From positions 1-10,816 of the forward strand of contig WBXG01000059.1 in assembly GCA_008932965.1 (NCBI GenBank): DNA of 10,816 nt. The letters are read 5' to 3'. Position numbers and translations under genes: made by a program. Shown here piece after piece: positions 7,916 through 10,816 of this stretch. Source of the DNA: Verrucomicrobiota bacterium (GTDB lineage Bacteria; Verrucomicrobiota; Verrucomicrobiia; Chthoniobacterales; UBA6821). Under the pieces are notes generated by a model. That model was not told the origin of the DNA. It searched no databases and saw only the letters and a program-made list of their open reading frames with translations. Each line of letters opens with the position of its first letter. The stretch's first letter is position 1.

Positions 7916-9091
7916 CTATTCACCTACAGTTATGACCGGTAAATCATTTTCTTTTTTTCTCATCATGGAGGAATACGCGTTGCAATGGAGTAATTCTCTC
8001 TGCTGGTTATTTTCTAGTAGATCCACAATAGCTTTAACCCAAAGATCAGGTTCATTTTTGCAAAGAATACCAGTCTCTCCATGAACAATTTTTGTTGAAT
8101 ATGGAGTCAAATCAGAAAAAATACCAGCCGCTCTTGCAGATGTGATTTGATAAAGCTTTGTATGAGATCGGGCTTTATTAAAGTGGGTATCGATAAGAGG
8201 AGCTAGGCCTAGAGAATACTTTAACCCTCCTAAATAATAATGATAGTCAGTCCAATTCATTGCAGGAAGCACACGAACACGCGGTATTCTATAAAACAAT
8301 TTTCTCATGGAGTCATCGCCTAGGAGCTCAAACCATGCATCAGGTAATATTTTTTGCACCTCCTTCACAATGGGATGAAGCCATTTTATTTCATGACGAT
8401 GAGTAATAGTGGCATGATAAAAATAAACGAGCTTTGATCGATCATGCCTATTACTGGTGGAGGAGGAGAAGGCTGATGAAACGGGAGCAAGACATGTGTC
8501 ATTGCTAGATTGAGAGCAGGGCCAATTGAAGGTAAGTTTTTTATAGTGAGTTTTTTGTATTTTTTTTATTTTAGATGATAAAAGAGAGGGGGGAGTCCAA
8601 TGATGATAGAGTGGTTCCCAAATCAATGTGGGAGTATTAGGATATCGATTGACTAATTCTTGAGTAGAAAGTGCAATTTCACTCACAACTTTACTAAGAA
8701 GAGAACGTGTCATTGTGTAGCGCCACCATGTCCTAAGACGATAAAAAAAAGGCAGTTCACATGCATGTAATACTGCAGGAATATCATCATCATAAATAGA
8801 GGTAACCTTTGTTAAATTCTCCGAATTGGATTGTAGCATTTTCAGCCATAAACGAGATGCATGCCTTACAATGATCACCCATGTTCCCGGAGTGAATCGG
8901 AGAGAATGAGGGGGTTTTAATAGGCTATTGTAAATATGCGTCTTCCACCGTAATTGCTCGGGAATTCTAGGAAGCACATAAAAAAAAGTTGTTGGTATTT
9001 TTCCAGGCTCCAGAATTAACACAGAATCAATTAGAGCTTTTGAATACAACTTTCTTGGAGAAAAAAGAGAGGAAGAAAGAGATCGAAACAT
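7916..9091 (-). CDS. Putative glycosyltransferase (GT-B fold, C-terminal domain recognisable)
   Basis: The C-terminal region of the 391-aa product, FNKARSHTKLYQITSARAAGIFSDLTPYSTKIVHGETGILCKNEPDLWVKAIVDLLENNQQRELL, has the nucleotide-sugar-binding half pattern of GT1/GT4-like enzymes (x-G-x-P-v-I-x-S ... dG-x-tG-x-L). The N-terminal half is unassigned. It is the first gene of the co-directional cluster. Confidence 0.6.
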   Translation of the reverse strand: MFRSLSSSLFSPRKLYSKALIDSVLILEPGKIPTTFFYVLPRIPEQLRWKTHIYNSLLKPPHSLRFTPGTWVIIVRHASRLWLKMLQSNSENLTKVTSIYDDDIPAVLHACELPFFYRLRTWWRYTMTRSLLSKVVSEIALSTQELVNRYPNTPTLIWEPLYHHWTPPSLLSSKIKKIQKTHYKKLTFNWPCSQSSNDTCLAPVSSAFSSSTSNRHDRSKLVYFYHATITHRHEIKWLHPIVKEVQKILPDAWFELLGDDSMRKLFYRIPRVRVLPAMNWTDYHYYLGGLKYSLGLAPLIDTHFNKARSHTKLYQITSARAAGIFSDLTPYSTKIVHGETGILCKNEPDLWVKAIVDLLENNQQRELLHCNAYSSMMRKKENDLPVITVGE

Positions 9092-9128
9092 TAATTTAAT
9101 TAAGATTTTAAAAAAACTTCAGCTGTGC

Positions 9129-9156
9129 TATATATATTTTTTAACTCTTGGATCAA
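9129..9156 (-). promoter_or_regulatory. Candidate sigma70-type promoter of the cluster (TTGATC, 16 nt spacer, TATATA)
   Basis: On the minus strand, TTGATC (9156..9151) and TATATA (9134..9129) are separated by 16 nt, and the -10 element ends about 37 nt upstream of the ATG at 9091. The region is AT-rich, so chance matches are likely. Confidence 0.25.
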
Positions 9157-9266
9157 AAGTATGCTTTACGGTGGACCCCATTTTCAAACCACTAGCTCGC
9201 TAAAAATAAGTTCGATAAAGTAGAATGTTTTTTGTATGAAAAAAAATACCTAATACTACTATTGAG

Positions 9267-9381
9267 TTAGTCGTCAATCTTTTTCTCTATCAATTCAGCA
9301 CGCTCACTTACTAAAGGCCTAGCTGCTTTGATTTTTTTTAAGAAAATCAACTTCGATCGTTAGTTGTCCATTCTTTGAATG
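9267..9381 (-). pseudogene. IS3-family OrfA coiled-coil / OrfAB junction fragment (frameshifted, internal stop)
   Basis: The minus strand gives (EKERDK*)HSKNGQLTIEVDFLKK, then after a frame change inside an A8 run (9332-9339) IKAARPLVSERAELIEKKIDD*. This resembles the ...KIGQLTxENDFLxK...SxERRxxI... segment of IS3-family OrfA/OrfAB as I remember it. Confidence 0.5.
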
Positions 9382-9401
9382 CTACTTATCGCGCTCTTTC
9401 T

Positions 9402-9687
9402 CTAGCACCCATATTTCATACTGGTTCGTTGCGAGGCGCCACGAATCCTGATGCAGACACCACCGGCGGTCGGGGGAGTCCGAGGGAGAACGCGGTGGAG
9501 ACTGACCTGGCTTTAAGGGGGCAGCCCTAAAAGGGCGAAACGAGCGGGAGCGAGCGAGTCAACGAAGGTGATGGGTTGCGACGGGGGCTGTATGTTTCAT
9601 ACTGCCCGAGGAGCAATTCAAGACTGACGCAGTATTCATCAGGTGTTCGCAAGCTGCAGCAGAATCGGTATGAAATATGCGGGCTAG
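9402..9687. mobile_element. ORF-less GC-rich element with terminal inverted repeats, copy 1 (MITE-like; alternatively a structured ncRNA)
   Basis: The left end CTAGCACCCATATTTCATAC (9402-9421) and the reverse complement of the right end (9668-9687, CTAGCCCGCATATTTCATAC) match at 18/20 positions. Counted as a CTAG flank plus a 16-bp IR, the IR matches 14/16. The interior is strongly G-rich on the + strand, unlike the AT-rich surroundings. The element lies inside the IS3 orfA relic. A second copy begins at 10694. Confidence 0.55.
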
Positions 9688-9716
9688 GTCATTTTAACCT
9701 TTTTTTCTTTCCTTCT

Positions 9717-9884
9717 TCAAAAAATAGAAAGGTCCTCCTCAAACTTCTTTTTCAACTTAGAAACCTGTGCTGGATGCACTTTAAACTCTTGAGCTATTTC
9801 TTGAATGCTTCTAATTTTTTTGAGTGCCTCAAGTGCTACTCGTGCTTTAAAGTTGTTGTCGTGTCTTTTTCGTTTAGCTTTCAT
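9717..9884 (-). pseudogene. IS3-family transposase OrfA N-terminal HTH fragment (55 codons, prematurely terminated)
   Basis: Hand translation gives MKAKRKRHDNNFKARVALEALKKIRSIQEIAQEFKVHPAQVSKLKKKFEEDLSIF*. This matches the HTH_Tnp_1 pattern (FKAKVALEAL...ELAxEfgVHPnQIsxWKKq) of IS3-family OrfA. It is too short to appear in the ORF track. Confidence 0.7.
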
Positions 9885-10000
9885 GTTGATGGTTGGGTTG
9901 TTTATTTTTACTACCCTTTACCACCTTTTTATAGCTTAACTATTGCTCTTAACTGGTCTTAATTTCGGAATCCACCGCTCTCGCTACGGTTTAATTATTT

Positions 10001-10504
10001 ATGAGTCAATTCGTAAGCGCAGATCAAAGAAAAAAGTTCTTTTCCTTTGAACAGGGTACAGAGATACTTCGGCCTTTTATGAATGCATTATCAAGCTCTT
10101 CCTCAGCAGTAGAGGACTATCTCGAAAGGATCCTAGAGCTCATGACTAAAAAAGGGTATGCTCGAGTTGTCGATATTGCAGCAAGCCTCAATATTTCACA
10201 ACCGAGTGTTACCAATATGCTGCGACGCCTCGATAGCGAGGGGCTCATCCATTATGAGAAGTATCGTGGTCTCATTTTAACAGATGAGGGAACAGCTGTA
10301 GCCCGTCGTATTGTTGAAAGACATCAACTCTTGACGGACTTTTTAACCCTCCTTGGTATTCCTGCTGAAGTAAGGGATCAAGATATTGAGGGAATGGAAC
10401 ATCATATTAGCCCAGCAACACTGGTAGCTATTGATGTATTAACGCGCGAGTTGAAACAGAAACCAGCTCTTTGTAAAAAAATTCAAGCAGCTCAGAAAAA
10501 ATGA
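10001..10504 (+). CDS. mntR: MntR/DtxR-family metal-dependent transcriptional regulator (Mn/Fe), without an SH3-like domain
   Basis: VEDYLERILELMTKKGYARVVDIAASLNISQPSVTNMLRRLDSEGLIHYEKYRGLILTDEGTAVARRIVERHQLLTDFLTLLGIP...IEGMEHHIS aligns closely with B. subtilis MntR ([27 protein letters not shown]...[25 protein letters not shown]...YRHELLEQFL...VEGIEHHLS, from memory). An alternative start at 10079 (MNALSSSSSAVEDY...) would give a more typical 141-aa protein. Confidence 0.85.
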   Translation: MSQFVSADQRKKFFSFEQGTEILRPFMNALSSSSSAVEDYLERILELMTKKGYARVVDIAASLNISQPSVTNMLRRLDSEGLIHYEKYRGLILTDEGTAVARRIVERHQLLTDFLTLLGIPAEVRDQDIEGMEHHISPATLVAIDVLTRELKQKPALCKKIQAAQKK

Positions 10505-10517
10505 TATAAAGAAGGTG

Positions 10518-10599
10518 TGCTCGGAGGGGGACTCGAACCCCCATGGATCGCTCCACTAGATCCTAAGTCTAGCGCGTCTGCCAATTTCGCCATCCGAGC
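10518..10599 (-). tRNA. tRNA-Leu (anticodon UAG), type II with long variable arm, CCA not encoded
   Basis: The minus strand folds as a complete cloverleaf of 82 nt. Acceptor stem GCTCGGA/TCCGAGC. D arm GCG-AAATTGGCAGA-CGC. Anticodon arm CTAGA-CTTAGGA-TCTAG (anticodon TAG). Variable arm TGGA-GCGA-TCCA-T. T arm GGGGG-TTCGAGT-CCCCC. Discriminator A. Confidence 0.93.
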
Positions 10600-10693
10600 A
10601 AAGAGAAAGTGGATGACCCTAAAGATAAAAACAACTCATGAACACAAAAATCTTTTTTTAAGACACATTTTTCTCTTGGCTCATAAGCTTTAA

Positions 10694-10816
10694 CCCGGAT
10701 ATTTCATACTGAATCGTCATGAGGCGCCGTGCAAAGCTTATTAGTGCAAGGCGGGCGAAGGATTGGGATGCCGGGCTGTATGTTTCATACTGTCCAAATC
10801 ACAATTCGAGACCAAC
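10694..10816. repeat. Second, shorter-core copy of the GC-rich TIR element (left end and middle only; truncated by the window edge)
   Basis: Positions 10699-10728 match 9411-9440 at 25/30 (ATATTTCATACTG..TCGT...GAGGCGCC). Positions 10772-10795 match 9584-9607 at 22/24 (GGGCTGTATGTTTCATACTGyCC). Positions 10796-10816 match 9608-9628 at 14/21 (CAATTCrAGAC). The spacing between the first two blocks is 43 nt here versus 143 nt in copy 1. Confidence 0.6.

Larger units (their letters stand above)
9267..9974 (-). mobile_element. Decayed IS3-family insertion sequence relic (orfA only, no DDE orfB), interrupted by the 286-bp element
   Basis: OrfA-like fragments lie on both sides of 9402-9687 (see the two pseudogene entries). 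A possible IS left end, TGGATTCCGAAATTAAGACC (minus strand, starting at 9974), begins with the TG typical of IS3 termini, about 90 nt upstream of the orfA ATG. No transposase catalytic domain lies between 9092 and 9266. Confidence 0.55.

Noticed and set aside
903-8084. Short overlapping track ORFs: 903..1103-, 2079..2330+, 2296..2592+, 2829..3191-, 4082..4267+, 5920..6195+, 6164..6346+, 6353..6547+, 7872..8084+
   Set aside because: Each lies wholly or mostly inside a longer ORF with clear family motifs, on the opposite strand or in another frame. None has a recognisable motif.
9465-9472. GGCGGTCG resembles the ops/JUMPStart core GGCGGTAG used by RfaH at capsule operons
   Set aside because: It has one mismatch and lies on the + strand, opposite to the capsule genes. 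It also lies inside the repeat element. It is most likely a chance match in G-rich sequence.
9441-9560. Motifs in the G-rich core of copy 1 that recall known RNAs
   Set aside because: The motifs are CTGATGCAG...GCGAAAC (hammerhead-like), GAATCC...GCAGAC...CCACCGG...GGAGACTGACCTGGC (cobalamin riboswitch / B12-box-like), GGGGGAGTCCGAGG and TAAGGGGG...AAAGGGCG (RNase P-like), and GGGGAGT (yybP-ykoY-like). Each match breaks an invariant position: hammerhead A9 is C, the B12 box is interrupted by 3 nt, and the segment is far too short for RNase P. The segment is absent from copy 2. No + strand gene follows for about 400 nt. A covariance-model search would be needed to revive any of these.
9588-9604. 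CTGTATGTTTCATACTG resembles a LexA SOS box (CTGT-N8-ACAG)
   Set aside because: The spacing is 9, not 8, and the right half is ACTG rather than ACAG, so it is not the required palindrome. It occurs as part of a repeat element, not in a promoter.
9571-9627. 18-codon mini-ORF MGCDGGCMFHTARGAIQD, with an in-frame counterpart MPGCMFHTVQITIRDQ... in copy 2 (from 10768)
   Set aside because: The shared GCMFHT simply reflects the 22/24-nt identical hairpin block. There is no SD, and the flanking residues differ. There is no evidence for coding beyond nucleotide conservation.
9576-9962. 128-aa + strand ORF from the track (TTG start)
   Set aside because: It begins inside the GC-rich repeat and then runs antisense to the IS3 OrfA HTH fragment. 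The sequence is low-complexity and Phe/Leu/Ser-rich with no recognisable motif. It is best explained as an antisense shadow.
1-10816. CRISPR arrays, rRNA genes, toxin-antitoxin pairs or defence-system genes
   Set aside because: None was found. The only repeats are the two copies of the TIR element. All sizeable ORFs are accounted for by the capsule cluster, the IS relic and mntR.

Overview
The window has three parts.

(1) Positions 1-9091 hold a run of eight same-strand (minus) genes forming a kps-type, ABC-transporter-dependent (group-2-like) polysaccharide/capsule export and synthesis cluster. In transcription order they are: a 391-aa GT-B glycosyltransferase, a KpsS-like Kdo transferase, a KpsD/Wza-like outer-membrane lipoprotein, a KpsE-like PCP-3 protein, a 638-aa GT4 glycosyltransferase, the KpsM permease, the KpsT ATPase, and the 5' end of one more gene that runs off the left edge and is missing from the ORF track.

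(2) Positions 9092-10000 are non-coding debris. They contain a decayed IS3-family orfA relic that has been split by a 286-bp GC-rich, ORF-less element with near-perfect terminal inverted repeats.

(3) Positions 10001-10816 hold an MntR/DtxR-family metalloregulator (+), a convergent tRNA-Leu(UAG) (-), and the first ~120 bp of a second, shorter copy of the same GC-rich element, cut by the window edge.

Every large ORF falls into a recognisable family, so I see no convincing new protein-based system. The best candidate for something undescribed is the TIR-bounded GC-rich repeat family, which could be a MITE or a structured RNA. The atypical kps architecture is a secondary point: kpsS without a visible kpsC, extended KpsE, and mosaic base composition. 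All family assignments come from motif recognition by eye, not from searches. The source taxon cannot be assigned from this window.
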